This document shows positions 13,201 through 28,200 of a DNA stretch of 64,000 nucleotides, in pieces. The first letter of the stretch is position 1; the number at the start of each line of letters is the position of its first letter. Below the pieces are notes generated by a model that saw only the letters and a program-made list of their open reading frames with translations, did no database searches and was not told the DNA's origin. The stretch is from contig NMRA01000182.1 of NCBI GenBank assembly GCA_002633005.1, positions 9,077-73,076 on the forward strand. Direction: 5' to 3'. The stretch comes from Phoronis australis (Eukaryota; Animalia; Phoronida). Both the position numbers and the translations under genes were made by a program.

Positions 13201-16200
13201 AATAGTCGTGGCATCAACAAATTTTTCCTAGTGAAACGGAATTCAGCCAACACGCACGGGTAACGACCATGTCCGGTGACGGAGAATATCTCGTTCGAAT
13301 TACCTGTCTAGACAGAGCAGATATGTTTAAATTTTGCAAATATTTACCAGTGGTCGACTTGACTTCACCATCAGGAAGTTCTTTCCTTGCAAGCTTCTTC
13401 CAACTTCTCAGTGACCTTTTGCACACCCAGTAACCACAAATACTGAAATTAAATCAAATTTATAAAAACTGCATTTTAATATACAATTAGTAACCTAAAA
13501 CAGTTACTTCTCATTGCATTTATCAAATAAAAACAACCCATTAATTCTATGTGTTAGATGCATTATTTGTGCACTCCAAACATACACAGTTCATTGTTAG
13601 CACTAAGCAGTATGACAATGACATCACGCAACCTTATACTCCCAACTCCAATATGTTGGGCATCCACGAATATTTTGAAAAGTTGGCGCTTGTGCACGTG
13701 TCATTTGACCATCCACATGTACAATTGAGGGCACAGCAAGAAAAAAATTTAAAAAAGCTTCAACTGCACTCCGGTGGATTGCATGAAATCCTGAACGTAT
13801 GTCCAATCTGAAGTCTACTGTCACATAGAGACAAGACTTTCGGACATCTTGAAATTTAGGCGGAATAGATTTTTCGTAGCAATGTTTTTTGCGATCAATA
13901 TTAATAACTCAGATAATTTATTAACTCCTTTTCAAAGACAAATAGAGCATGTTATGGTTTCAATAGTATCCAGACTAATGCATTTTTTATGTTTTTGTAG
14001 ACGTGAACAGAAAGACAAAATATCCAAGTTACACTTGGCCAAAAATGCAAGAATTGAGTGTGAAACCCGGAACTGCATTCTGCGTCGCTGCAGTCCTTTT
14101 ACCAGAGTTAGCCAAGTGCTTGAACAACATACACATTGTGTTTACTCTTGACTGCCTGACCAATGATCTTGCTGTCCTCTTCCAATCGGGCCTCCACACG
14201 TATCAATCGACAGCGCAGTCTGACACACTCCTCACACAGTGATGTATTGTCCAGTCTCATAGTGAAACCATACTGTTGATACAACTCACTGGCCTAAATG
14301 GGAAACACAAGTGTTACACATTTAGGCAACAAAGAAAAATTAATCCACCTTAGTTAACACAAAACACAACTCACTACGGGCCATTTCAATTGTGCACAAA
14401 ATAATACTTTTCCTATACCTTACCTGACTCTCTCCAAAAAGTGCAGAAAAATGTTAACTTTGCGTTTTTGTAAGCCAGTATAAATTTGTTACTCCTATGC
14501 AAACTTTGAACGTCAATTCTAATGTTTGTCTATAATCTGACTTGGCAATGTTACAATTATCTTCAAACAATTCATCGCGCAATTTGAAGAAAAAATCGAT
14601 CGCCGTTTCACAAATGTCGAAAGCATTATAACGGCATCAAGCCTCAACTCTTGTCCCCCCATTAAGGTGCACTCTGTCTTGTACACTAGTGACAATGATG
14701 ATAACTGGGAAATGTGAACATTAAAACAGCCAGTCTCATTAAAGTAATAACATCAACTGCTGATCACAATAAACGTGCTAGTGGATTAGTTATAAACCAT
14801 TGATCAATGATAAAAACATGGAGAGACTCACAGCCAACTAATAATTGATATGTAAAAAGTAGCCTACCACATCTTTGTTAATACATTTCACTTCAGACAC
14901 CTTGTCTGGGTCTAGTCTGAAATACAAGAAAGAGAATTCTTTCGAAGACCATTTCATCATCATTTTCAAGATTCATAACTGCATCGGATAGTTATCCTCT
15001 TGCGGTAGATTTTATATTAAAAATTAGTCCATTTCAGGACCTCTTTAGTGGCCAGTTGACCAAGTTGCACTTCGACTGGTCGGTGATGCAGAATGACTGG
15101 TAACAATCATTTGTACAGAATTATTTTGTAATTAAATGTTTTTTATATTTTCAATAAGCTTAGGATTTTTGGAAATAACACCCTAGTAGCTATGGAAGAG
15201 GGATTGTAAAATTATAAAGCATTATGGAAGTGTTCCTTAATGTGAATTAAGTAAAATTTGACTAATTTGTGTCCTAAATTGATGCTTCAATTCTACTGCA
15301 CCAATAGTGACCAGCCAAAATGATAACATTGTGAAAGGAACGCAGCAACATTGACTAGGAAGAAACTAAGAGTCGTCTCATTAAAAGGAAATTTAAATAA
15401 ACATTTACTGATATCTTGTTCCAAATTAATATCAAGTTCTTCACTGTTGTATTCCTGGAACTAATTAATATGCAAGAAAACATTCCTGACTCAGCGCACT
15501 TGGTGTGTTTCATTTTCTTACAGCTTGTTTCAGCGTTCTATTTTAATTCAGCAAACATACTTATTGACTTGGGTGTCATTTCAACTATTTTGCAAACATC
15601 ACTGCAGTTATAACCCAATCAAACCAGTGCTTTATATAAAAAACAGTTTTGATTTTGACCACCCACAGTTATAAAATTGGTCTTGTCTTGCTTGTTACTC
15701 AGTTTATAAATAATCTTGACTTGGGAAGAATTGAAAATTTCTTACTTCTTCAGACTAAGGTTACAAAGTTTCAGGTCATAGCGTGACTTGGAATTTTATG
15801 AGCATCGCCTGAAGAAATTACCAACGATAACTTCAAAGTCCAGAAATAACACCAATTTTGACAAGGAAATCGTCAAGTCCAATTTCATGATGGTTTGTAG
15901 TCTCAATCAAAAGTGGTTTTGAGATGAAAGGCTCGTTTAATGCCACTTTATCTGAAGCAAGGGAAACAAAACAACACGTAGGTATAGTCAAGTTTTCAGA
16001 GATGAATCTAGCTGGATAAATGTATAAAGTACAATTATATAAAATTACAAAAAATCAATACAAACTCGATTTATTAGAAACCTTTTAACCATGAAGATGA
16101 GCGGGTTAGGCATTGTTCCAAAGGACCTCAGCTAAATCAGAATGACAACTTCACACCAAGTACGATATGCAATTATCACTGCTTGAGAAGAACAAAAATC

Positions 16201-19200
16201 CAAGAACCAGCTCACTTGTTGTGTGGACATAAGAACTTTATATTATCCACGTGTTTGGCCTGCTCAGGGTCGTGAAGCCACTTGCTCAGCCAATCCCCAC
16301 TAATCCACTCAAACTCATCACCCTGTGGTACTGGAAGCCGTTCATAGATGTCTCTCACCAGGGCCTGCCGTGCTCTGCCACACTCAACACTCTTATCCTA
16401 AGAAAGATGTTAAGGGAGTGGATTAATAGATCTGCTTTACGATTAAAACTTAAGACAGAAACTTGGTCTTACGTCGACAAAACTATTTTTGAAAAGCACT
16501 TAAAGCTCAGTTTAGCAGAACCCCAAAGCACCTGAGAATATCCCCATAGCTGCTACTTAATGAGAAAATGTGCCCGCTGCACTGTACAAATAATTTCCAG
16601 CCACTGACGTTGTAATAATTACATGACTGAACCTATATTTGGTGATTGTAAAGTAGTAGCATAACACGAATGTAGGATCTTAGACTTTGGAATGTCAGGA
16701 ATGTCAGGAATGTCAGGAATGTCAGGAATGTCACATCTCTGAGACGACAGATTGGATTCATATGAAATATTCAGATGCTATGCGGTATGTAGTCTTCTCC
16801 AAGATGTTTTTAGAGATTGTTTTTCAAACGGTTCCACCTTTGCACGAGAGGCTATCAAAAATAGACTTTTATGAAGTTCATCAAAAGAATTTTTAAAAGT
16901 AGCATTAAATCAAAATGAAATATTTTAGAAGACTGTAACTAGATCGTTTTTGAGACCTAACCTTATCAGTTATATCACATAAAATCTGGCATGTTATTGT
17001 TGTTTCCCCACCAGATATAAGAATACGAGGCATATGTGTATCACTTGTATTTCTGAGCAGACATTTTCGTTTGTGTTGAGTGCTACACTATCTTACTTAG
17101 TTAGCACAAACGGATTTGCACAAACACTGCCAACCACAGGGAATTAATGACTTTTCAGACAACTAAAATTAGGCTGTTTAGCCCCTTGCTTGAGGAAAAA
17201 TGCCCACCCCCTTGGTGCAAAATGCCCCACCCCCTTTGGTGTAAAACGCCCAAGGGAAGATGTTACGCCCCAGATCACAGATTAACAACAAAAATGAAAA
17301 GTCTCAAGAGATGAATTAATAGCACTGAGGAACATACAATAGCACTAAAATCATTTATGCATTACTACCACAGTTTAAAGTGGCTAGAACACAATGCAAT
17401 GAATCGTTCAGCTTTTGTTTTCTTTAACAAAACAGCAAATATGAAGAACATGCGACTCAAATAACGGTATGACTCAAAAGGAAAAATACATCCGTCGAAA
17501 ACAATTAGTGCGATTATTATATCACATGTCAGAAGAGGAAGTGTGGCTTAGTCAGATAAGTGACCTCTTCCTTTATTCAAGGCCAGGTACCCAGCACTTC
17601 AGGTCAATTCTAACTGTAGATAATTATATCAATTAAGCAAAAGATCAGTACAATGGGCCCACCTGAGTGTCCTACTCACGTCTAGAACAATGTGTACAAC
17701 ATCGCATGCAACTATTTTGACACGTGTCATCAATCTATAGGCCTAAAGGTTGATATTTTTATTCCAATGTTTATCTGTGGGGGCAGTACATTTCTGAATT
17801 GCCCACGATGAATCATCCCAGGTTTCGTTACACATTTGTTGTCATGGAGACAATGTTACATGCATGTTAGCATACCATGGTTTAGGAGCGAAACATAAGT
17901 TTTAGTTTGGGGAGTGACAAAAGTAATTTGCCTAATGCCCTAAAACCCTTTAAAACCTTCGGTGTCAAGACGAGGAAGTGGAAGCAGGCGAGTTCTCATT
18001 TTGTTGGGAATGTCACCTTTTCTAAAGGATTTCTGTTGAAATTCACTTTTTGTTAAAGGTATCTTGAACCGTTTCAGTCAAATTGTACAAATCAATTCCT
18101 CATGTGCAAGCCAGAAGTGGTGATGCATTTAGTACAGATGAAGTAACCTATCCCATTTCACCAACCCTCCCTCCAGCTTTCAGTTCTCATAACTGGATGT
18201 CATGGCCAAGACCCGAGTAACTTTTCAGTTTCAAACTTGATCAAATTGCATTGGACTCGAGCAATGATCATACAGACACAGACAATAGAACCAAAATAAC
18301 AGTGATTCAGCTGGTCAGCTGACACTTGGTGTTTCAGAACTATAACCATTAAAACTACATTTAGCATTTTGGACACCAGATTTGCATGTTTTCAGTAAAT
18401 CTCATTTTGCAGATTCTTCCACAAAGACCAAAAAAATGAGATTTTCAGCATACATGTGTATTCAATTGAAACAGTGTTTAGTTGGTATTATTCCCAGTTA
18501 ATTAAGTTTGAAACAATACATGGAGTGATTCAATTGAAACAGTGTTTAGTTGGTATTATTCCCAGTTAATTATGTTTGAAACAATACATGGAGTGATTCA
18601 ATTGAAACAGTATTTAGTTGGTATTATTCCCAGTTACTTATGTTTGAAACAATACATGCAGTGATTCAATTGAAACAGTGTTTAGTTGGTATTATTCCCA
18701 GTTAATTATGTTTGAAACAATACATGGAGTGATTCAACTGAAACAGTGTTTAGTTGGTATTATTCCCAGTTAATTATGTTTGAAACAATACATGGAGTGA
18801 TTCAATTGAAACAGTGTTTAGTTGGTATTATTCCCAGTTAATTATGTTTGAAACAATACATGCAGTGATTCGACAACCATTTTTACAATTCTCTAATTAA
18901 AGGTGTTTAGTTGGTGGACTGCACTTCCATTAGTGAAAAGATCAGGTTGATCAAAAGTCAGTAAATAATTTACTTTACAAGTGTATTATTGCCGGGCGTA
19001 ATAGGTAATTGCGTACTCCAAACCAAATCTCCATTCGAATTCACTTTTTGCATACAGTACACAGGCCTCATGTTAATGTTGTCTGGCTTGCTCACAGCCT
19101 CAACTGAAGACAGATCCAAAGCCATGACCTCAGTAGTTGCAGTGCCACACTTTACCTGTAGATACATGGCAACCATTAAGTGTGTTCAACTGACAAGATC

Positions 19201-22200
19201 ACCGGCCGCAATTTCATATTCTACTGAATTTCTAGAAGCCATTGCCCGAAATCGACAAAATTTAAATGAACGAAGTTTTGCAGATTATGAGTTTTGGTCA
19301 TAGCTAATAACTTCAATAGGTCTATCCTAACTAACCATAAGCAATCTAAAAATATGCCCAACCTCAAACTAATTGTAAACAACTGAAGTTCCTTGAATAT
19401 TATTGTTTTTGTTGGGTTGGGGTGGAACCAATTGTTGTTTTAATAATGAGGATTGGCAATTACAAATGGAGTATACCTAGTATTTTAATGCAATGGTTCA
19501 CCACCATTACTTTGACTTGGCGTTAGCTCATAAGCTACGGGGGTCTTATTGATTCCATAAAATATTCCAAATTCTCCAGAAAGGTCTTCAAGAAGGTTAA
19601 CTCGTTTCAAGTCAAATCAACCAGTAATCTTATGCTTAAATAAATGTGAAATTTCATTCTTACTGCATTTTTGACCGACAACTTATGGAATAAGCCAGCA
19701 GTATTTTGCAATGTCAATTTATTATTTTAGCCATTCAAGAAAACATTTATATAAAGAACATTACCATTTCAACTACACTATGATAACGTTGACTTCTGGT
19801 CTTTGTTAAAAACGTAATTTGTAGCTGCTGGTATTACTGCAACATAAATATTCAAGTTTTATTTTTCATTTTCTGTTCTCTTTCTTCTAAAAATCTTGGG
19901 TCATTGTTTAAAAAATTATACCACGATACCAGTCGAGTGTTTTACTTTGCCACTAGAACAAAGACAAGCTTTTCTACCAGTCACAAAACAGATGGAAACA
20001 AGAATATTTCACTTTTAATTAAATACAAACTATACAGTCAACAAATGGATTATAAAACCAAAGGACTGTCACAGTGCTGAAAACCAGCTGCACTGCAGCC
20101 ATTTCTGTTGGGTTTTGTACCTACATCAGTGCCCATCAAACTACACTCTGTGGCGCATGGGTTAGTATTTGTTCCATTAGTCACCTGATTCCTCAGCAAC
20201 ATGAAATCATACATTTCCGGGAGTATGAGAGTAAAACAGCTTAACGGGGCTAAGAAATATGTGTTGATGCAAGTCTTCGCAAGATATCGCTATACATTAC
20301 AAGCAAAACACATGATCACTACTATTATGTTTGGCTAAACTCGCGAAATTCTTGCATCTATGTAATGGGTAAAATGCGGATGAGAATCAATCTGTTGACT
20401 TTTAATGACTACATCTCCGAATAAGACAAGTCACAACTATGCAGGTAATTTTACATTGGCTTGATGAAAAAAATGATTTGTTTTTTTGACATTATCAAAG
20501 CTATGCAAACAATATCCACAAAATGGCCATCAAAGCACCATCTTACGTTAATTTCGTCTAAAAGCAAGAGCCCTCAAGCTACTGACATTGTACGCAAATT
20601 TCATGTCGACGACATGAAAAGCTCGATCTCAAACACGTATACGAAAGGCAAAGTAAAAACTTGATGACAAAGCAAGATACTTGAAGAAATTTCATTTCTC
20701 CAAGAAATAATATGGTCGTGGTAAATATCGGTGCACCTGCACCACAAAAGGACATAGCTTTCAATACAAAAAGCCAAGTCAGTGATGACAAAGGACAACA
20801 CATGGACTATCTGCCACGGTTCCCTGGCTTTGATAGCACTATGAACCTCGAAATCCACTTAGAAATTGAATATGAAGATATTAAAACTTCATTTCGTCCT
20901 GCTGGGGCTTTTCACTCTCAAACCAGTCTTGTAATTTTGCATAAGTTGGACACTTTTCCTATAAGTGAAGCTGGTACAAGCCCAATTCTATGAATAAATA
21001 GGAGATACCCCCATATTTTGGCATGTTCAGATATCAATGGGGTACAAGATGATTCATCTAGAAGTCAAATAACCTCTAATGAGGACTGAGTTAAACTATT
21101 GAAACCAAAAGTATCCATGGCCAAGCTGGCCTGTGATACATCCTGTGCAGAGGCCCGGCTCCTATTTAAGCATAACAAGAATTGCAACCCTCACATTTTC
21201 TGAAGCGCTCAACCTCTTGACACAAACACCATGCTCTTCACTCTGGTTTTGATAGGTTTTCTCTTCACAACACTTGAGGCCTGCTCACAAAGATACAACC
21301 ATTCAGCTATCCTTTTCAAACAGCAACAGCAGAACGAAGAGATTCAACAGCTTAGTAGCAAGTTGACAGGAATCTCAGAGAAGACAGAGAGACTGGAGAG
21401 ACTGGATAAAAACAACTATTCAGTAATCATTCTCAAACAGCAGCAGGAAGATATTCAACAACTTCGTAGCATGTTGACAGAGATCTCAGTGAAGACACAG
21501 AGACTGGAGAGACAGCTGCTCTACACATGTCCTGCAAGCTACACTCGGATTGGGCCTTTTTGCTACAAAATATATGTTAAGAATTCCACTTGGTTTGAGG
21601 CACGCCAAATGTGTCACAGTGATGGCGCTCATTTGGTTTCCATAGAAACTGCAGCTGAGCAAGAAGCAATAGTTCAGTTTGTGAAGAACTATACAAATAC
21701 ACACATGTGGACAAGTGGGAATGACCAGGCAGAGGAAGGACACTTTGTGTGGAATGCCACATGGAAAGACTTTCGCTACACAAATTGGAATGGTAAGGTT
21801 ATTGTTTTCATTGCAATCCTAGCACTAATGTAATGCCTATATCTAAAATGCCACCAAAGCAGCAAGCCTGTATTAGTCAAATGTAATAATTTAAGTGCCG
21901 TTAAGACAGCAGAGGTTGAGTTTTGAGGTTTAGGACACCCAGTGGTGTCATTCCTTAGCAGAGACTTTTTCAAGAGTAGCTGGATAATCATTTACAAGTT
22001 TTGAGTTTAATTGGAACAAGAAGATAAATTCAAGATTAAAACACATCCCAATTCATAAGCCAGGTTTTAAAGGGACATAATCAGTTTTAGGGACAAAAAT
22101 GCAATTTGGGGATTATTGATTATTGATTACTGATGGCTTGGATTAGACTCCTTGAAGTTATAAGCTTTCACCAGAGATTCCTGACATCAGCTTTTAGTCA

Positions 22201-25200
22201 TTCAGTAGAAGACGGAAATTGAGGTCCACTGTAATACCCAAATGTGTGCCACATTGGCTCAAAGCTCTACTAACAAAGCATCGGACTGTGGCCTTTGAGG
22301 TCATGTATTAAAATCCATCTTGGGGTTAATCTCAAATACTCGTTTATGCCATTAAATTACTTTGAACAACAGGTTGCACTACTTCCCCCATACAGTTGTC
22401 AGTGAAATTTCCGTCATCCTCAGAAGTTTCAGCCACAACTCATATGCTTCCCCTCAGGCCACCAGTGCTGATCAGACTTGAGTCTGATAGGTGAGCTGTT
22501 GTTGAAACAGCCATAGCAGCCACAACCATGATGAAGCGACCTCAGAGGCCAATGATGCACTCTTCATCAACACTTTCTGAGATTTCCCAGAAATGCCAAG
22601 AGCCTTACACATCTTATGGGCACTTGTAGCAACAAAACTCATGTATCCCACGTCGACGGTAAGCAAAACGCTTTCCACAAATTGATAAAACATTGCATTT
22701 GGTTATTGTACTTCAGTAGCTTCTGTTTGTAGGCCTCCATCAACTCATCTGGACACACAGTTGTAGCCACTACGTGCTGTGGGAGTCTGGCTTGTGTATT
22801 GCAGTAAACGCAAAGTTTCGGTCTCATTCAAGGCTAAAATCTCCATGTTTTCTTTGAACATCTTTGCATGACATTCTCCCCTGAATGAGTTGAACTTGCC
22901 CTTGGAAACCTTCCTGTGTGGTTAGCACTCAAATTAAGCACATAATACTGTACTGCAAATTGTTTCAGAAAATGAGCCAAATGACGAACATGGAGGACAG
23001 CACTGTGTGGAAATAAACGACAACAAGCAGTGGAATGATGTCGAGTGCACCAGCACATACCAACTTCCATTGTGCGAAATGTAACAGAGTACAACCAGGC
23101 CACAGATCATGGGAAGACTGAAAGTGCATGGCTCTTCGACAGGAACGTCCCGAATTACACGGTGATAGAACTGTCCTTTGTACTAAAGATTAGAAAGCGA
23201 GTGACCTTGTTTTTGAAATCAAGCACATTTTCGTGTCTCACGTTGATGTCAGGAAGACAAAAAAATTCAAATCAAGCATTAACAAGTATTTGTCCAGTTT
23301 ATTAAACTTTCTCACATCGGAGTTGCAGCCCACAGCATAGCAGTAACATTCCGTTGGAACTGGAAGGACGAATATAGTAATGCAACTGAGAAAATCTTGC
23401 AAAGAATCAGACCTCAACAAATAACATGTGAAACTTCAGTGGCATGAAAACGAGGTAGTAAATGTGCTTGGCGGATGTTTACGACATTGTGGGTAAATAC
23501 AGAGAGATTTGAGTGTCGCTGTGTAATATGGGACGACCCTATTGGCAAACATGGAAATGAGGGGTGGGGGGAGGTTTAACCCAGACATGGGTGCTTAAGA
23601 GATTTCATATCAAAACTAGAAAGAGGGCTATCTGTAAACTTATACACTAGATGACCTTCATAAAGGAAACATAAACTTAATTCCTAGAAGCTTGTGTCGG
23701 GGATTTTTACCCTTCTAATTGCCACTTTGTATAATTGCTTAAAAATTACACAACAGTGGAAAGAACAAAAATAACGCATTTCTTCAATAATGTCCCAAGA
23801 TGATTCCAATGGCAACAGACCATCATTTCAGTGTCTGACATTAAGGGAATACCCAATTTGCAATAAGAGAGTTGAGTAAAGCTCAGCTCACCATTTCTGA
23901 CTTGAGGCCGTCAGTCTCAGTACAAATAATATCCGATAGGTGTCGTGTGCGATGCGCCGGATTGCGATGCCAACACTGCCATGCCGCGGCTAACCTAGGA
24001 CTATTAGTTCAGGACCAAAAACGTCAACGAAGCGGTTTGTTTTTAAGCATTGTTACATATTAAGAAAGTAAGCATGCGTATCATTCCATTGTTATCAACA
24101 TCTTTGTAATAAGCTATGCTAGAATAAAGCGCTTTTTCCAGAATCATTATTCCATTGTATTCAACACCCTAAGTAATCAGCCATGTTGGAATAAAGGTTT
24201 TTTTCAGAATCGCCAGTTCCCTCAGACACAGCGCTATGACTGAGCACTTTGTCTGTGCAACTCTGCCCCATTTTAATTGTTTGAGCTGCTCATGACTATG
24301 CAAGTCACCATCTAGGTACGACAAACTACCACAACTTATCTGCGATTGGCACAGCCAGATTTTCACACATTTGACATAGCACATCCACTCTAAGATGCTT
24401 CTTGTATAAAGTTTCACACAATTATCACTACAAAGCGTTTATCGTCGCATTATGTAACCCTGTTTCCCAAAATATTTACACTGTCTTCACACAATCACCC
24501 AGAATTGTTTCTTGAAACAGAAAAGGGTCACTCACCCTCTGATTGAGCCCGAGTCGCCATAGTCACCCATGACCTTTGAAATTGAAGTACACACTCGAAG
24601 TTCAAACGATTTCTCGTTACTGTAAGGCTAGTTGCCGAAGCAAAAGTTAAATCGGCGCTTTCTAATCGACACATGTATTAGAGCAGTAATTGTGCAATTT
24701 GAAATTATAGGAGAAAATACAAGTTAAAAAATACACGGCAAAGTTTCCAGGTTTGATGGAACGCATAACGCATTTGCAAGTAATTGATTTGGGTAATTAT
24801 ACAGTGTTATGGAAAGGTCTGCAATGAGTGTTAGCTATTTTATTCACTTGCTTAAAGATTTAAAATAAACAAACGAGAATTGCAGCCCTGTGCAAGGATT
24901 TTAACTTCGTTCAAAAATGGCCAATTACAGATGTAGCAATTCGAGACCGTAAATATGCTTGATCTTGAGATCAAACTGTGAATTCAATCGGCTTCTGTAA
25001 ACACTTTGAAATAACCATAAAACTATTTTCTGTTATCTCTTCAGTATATTAACTTTATAATAAAACCGTGTTCACCGCTTAATAACCACAGACATAAATT
25101 ATCATGTTTTTGACACCACTGCGCGAGTTTACCCATCATAGACAGAGACGCAGGGCATAACAGGGCATAGCATTTACCTGATCAGTCCAAAATTAAAAAC

Positions 25201-28200
25201 ATTTCCTTCAATCATTTTCGTTGTCATAGTTCACTAATTTTATGAAGATCCATCACAGGACTCATCATAGGTTAACGAAGTAAGCGCATAAAAGTAAAAT
25301 ACCCAAAAGGGGACACCACATTAGATACAGCCATACAAAATTAGAATCAGCTGTGTTGTCTTCAATAGGAACACACTTCTACACCTCATGAAGCTCCATC
25401 GCGAATTTGGCAGATACTGAGCCTGGTACAAAAATTGCTCTAAGGAGCCTTTCAGTAGTTGTACCTATCTGAAAGACGATGGTTTTCAGTAAAATTTCAT
25501 AAAAATACACCCATACAAGAACCTAAAATTGCTATTGGGGGCACCATCCTAGTCGCATCTGTCCAAAGAAGGTGGGTACGTCTTCTTCATGATAGAAACA
25601 CAAATTTCATGAAAATGACAGACATTAAGGTAGATGCAAAGGAAACTATAATTCCCACTAGGGAGCACAGCAGCATTCACAGTGGCTGCCTACAAGGGGG
25701 AAATCCTGGGATAAAGACCAATGTAACTATGTGGCAAAGCTGTCTGATATGGCATCAGCTGGAGACAGTCTTTCGAAGTCCTCTTGAATAGGACGCTAAT
25801 CCATCGCCGGCGACTCACTAGCCGTTGAAAGTACTGATTTATGCAGACAAGTTGTCTACACTAATGTAACTTCATTATCATTTTCAAGGTGATATCTACT
25901 TGGCAGTCTAACTCCTGCCTTTTCAATTTAGTGCTCACAATGAGCACTACTACCAAGTAAATGTATACATTTATCCAGTTGAAGTATTACTTTACTAGGA
26001 CTACCCACACATTCTGAATGCAAGCCAAACACCACTTACCCTCATAGCTTTCATTTCTGTGACCCACTGCTCAAACTGCTCATTGTCCTGACGCACGTAC
26101 TGCATTAGGTGATTGGGGATCTCAATATGGGCGCCTGAAATTACCAAGAGAGCAAATGTTTTAAAGACTCTCATACCAACGTTTGACATTTTGATACGTT
26201 ATGCAACTATCGTGGTGACCATACCTCCAGTAGTTTGAGAGTAACTCCAACTGCCAGCAAACCATCAGTGAAAATAACAAACAATTACAACTCTAATTTA
26301 TACTGGCAATTTGACACAGCTGAAAGCCAGAGTATTAGCATTTCAAGCAGTTTGTAACAATATTACTGTTACATGTAGTGTACAATACTACAAGTGCATT
26401 CATTTTGCATCGTTACAGTGCACAAGATGCCAACTTAAGGTTATCTCAAACCTTATTTAATGACCTTCATTCTGACTCACATATCACAACAGTATGCAAA
26501 CCTACGTCAGCAAGTAAAAGTAAATTTCTGAACAAAAAAAGACCAGATTATAAAACTACGTTTTATATTGATGTGCCATTATTACCCTTATTAACACCTT
26601 TTTTCAGTCAAAATTTCGGTTTCAAGAAATTAAAGTACATCCATAGCAAAATAGCCCTAATTGGTAGATATTAATGAAACCCTTTTAAAATGAAAACTTC
26701 ACAATTTACCTCAAAAATGCTGTTAGGAATTTCTGATAACTTTTTTAGTTTTGTTCCTATGCCAAATTAACTTTCAAAACGTAAGGTATCTTAATAGTAG
26801 TGTTGTATTCATCCATCTTAAGGAATACAAAAACGAGGCATTTGAAAGGAAAACCCTAACACTGTTTCTGTGATTGGTGAATAAATATTAAAAGTGGAAA
26901 GTTTCAAAGATATTCACCAAATTTCCAGAACTCGTTTTCTAAGTTGATTATCCGAAGCCAAGAAAAAGCAGAAAACGTTTTGAGTCTTAAAAATCTGACA
27001 GTTGCCACTTAAATATTCAGTGAAAACTTGTTTTTGGTGACTATATCATGTACATGCCTCAGTCGTGTTTGCTATTTTCAACATTAACTCAAAATGTCAA
27101 CTGAATTTGCAGTGCCTTCTTATTAACTTCATTATGTCACTAAAATCGTGTGAATGTGTCTGGAGGCATGGCGAGATCAGCAGATTTAGTTAATGTGGCT
27201 CAGGGCAGTGATATTTTGAGAACAACGCATGTATGCAAATTAAGAGGATTGTTTTTATAATCAAGAAAAATTTCAGAGCATGGAAATTTCTCGGAAAAGT
27301 AACGCATCACACATCAGGCACTCCAAGGCCACCTCATGAAGTATAACTCATCAACTAACTCACCTTGTACAGCATAACCTCGCCTGTGATAGACCAACAT
27401 ATAGGAGTTCCTCGAACAGTGGAAGCCCTTTGTGGCCTTGGGCTTGTTGCATGACTTGTCTGTAAAGTGACTCAACAGTTAGAGTTATAGTAAACATCAA
27501 CACCTATGAACATTTTACAGTACAAATAAAGTAAGCAGATAAAATACCATTTGCTCGTCATGGTCGCTAATTCAATTGACAGAAAAATGACCACTGATAA
27601 CTATGATGGCGTCCAACTTACTATCTTTCCAGTTAATTCCCCTTCATTCTGGGTCACGAGGGAAGACAAGCTACTCTAACAATAACGTCGGTTTCCACCC
27701 AGCCATCATTTTGTCTGTGAATACTTTTGGCATTCACTGTAACTTGACGCAAGTCGTATCCATGCCAACAGAGTGCTAAGAAGTGTCAAGTGCACAAACT
27801 AGAACATCCATACAGTGGAACTTTCCCCTAGTTAAGCACTATTAGTAAGCTTAACCTTAAATCTTTTGGAAATCATCTCGTTCTGTTGAAGATACAGAAA
27901 AATTTGTCATGGAAATTAAAAAGAAAATTTTCTGGACAGGTTAAAATTTGTAAAAGAATTCGTGTAACCTAACACTGACAGTGACGTCCAGCCAGAGACA
28001 AAGAGCTCAGATAGAGATATTGATAAACAAGAAAACCATAAATCAGAGACTTAGATGAAAAGTTAGCTCAGAAACTCTTGCCAAGATGAACTTTCAGCAA
28101 GAAATTATGTCAGTATCAGATATTCTTGCAAACTACAACAGTCAGCATACCGGTCATGTCATCCTCATTTCCCAGCTGTAAGTCACGGCCCGCCATTTTC

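Noticed and set aside
18461-18871. Possible CRISPR-like array
   Set aside because: Units are contiguous with no unique spacers, there are no cas genes, and the context is a eukaryotic intron.
18970-19303. Overlapping ORFs as a possible second nested gene
   Set aside because: No recognisable motif and no phase-consistent exon chain.
20904-20913. kB-like site GGGGCTTTTC upstream of the lectin
   Set aside because: A single imperfect match, expected by chance; cannot be supported without conservation or binding data.
21793-21833. Hydrophobic C-terminal tail ([12 protein letters not shown]) suggesting a membrane-anchored lectin
   Set aside because: It is read-through into the intron after a strong G|gtaagg donor; the CTLD is completed by exon 22969-23084.
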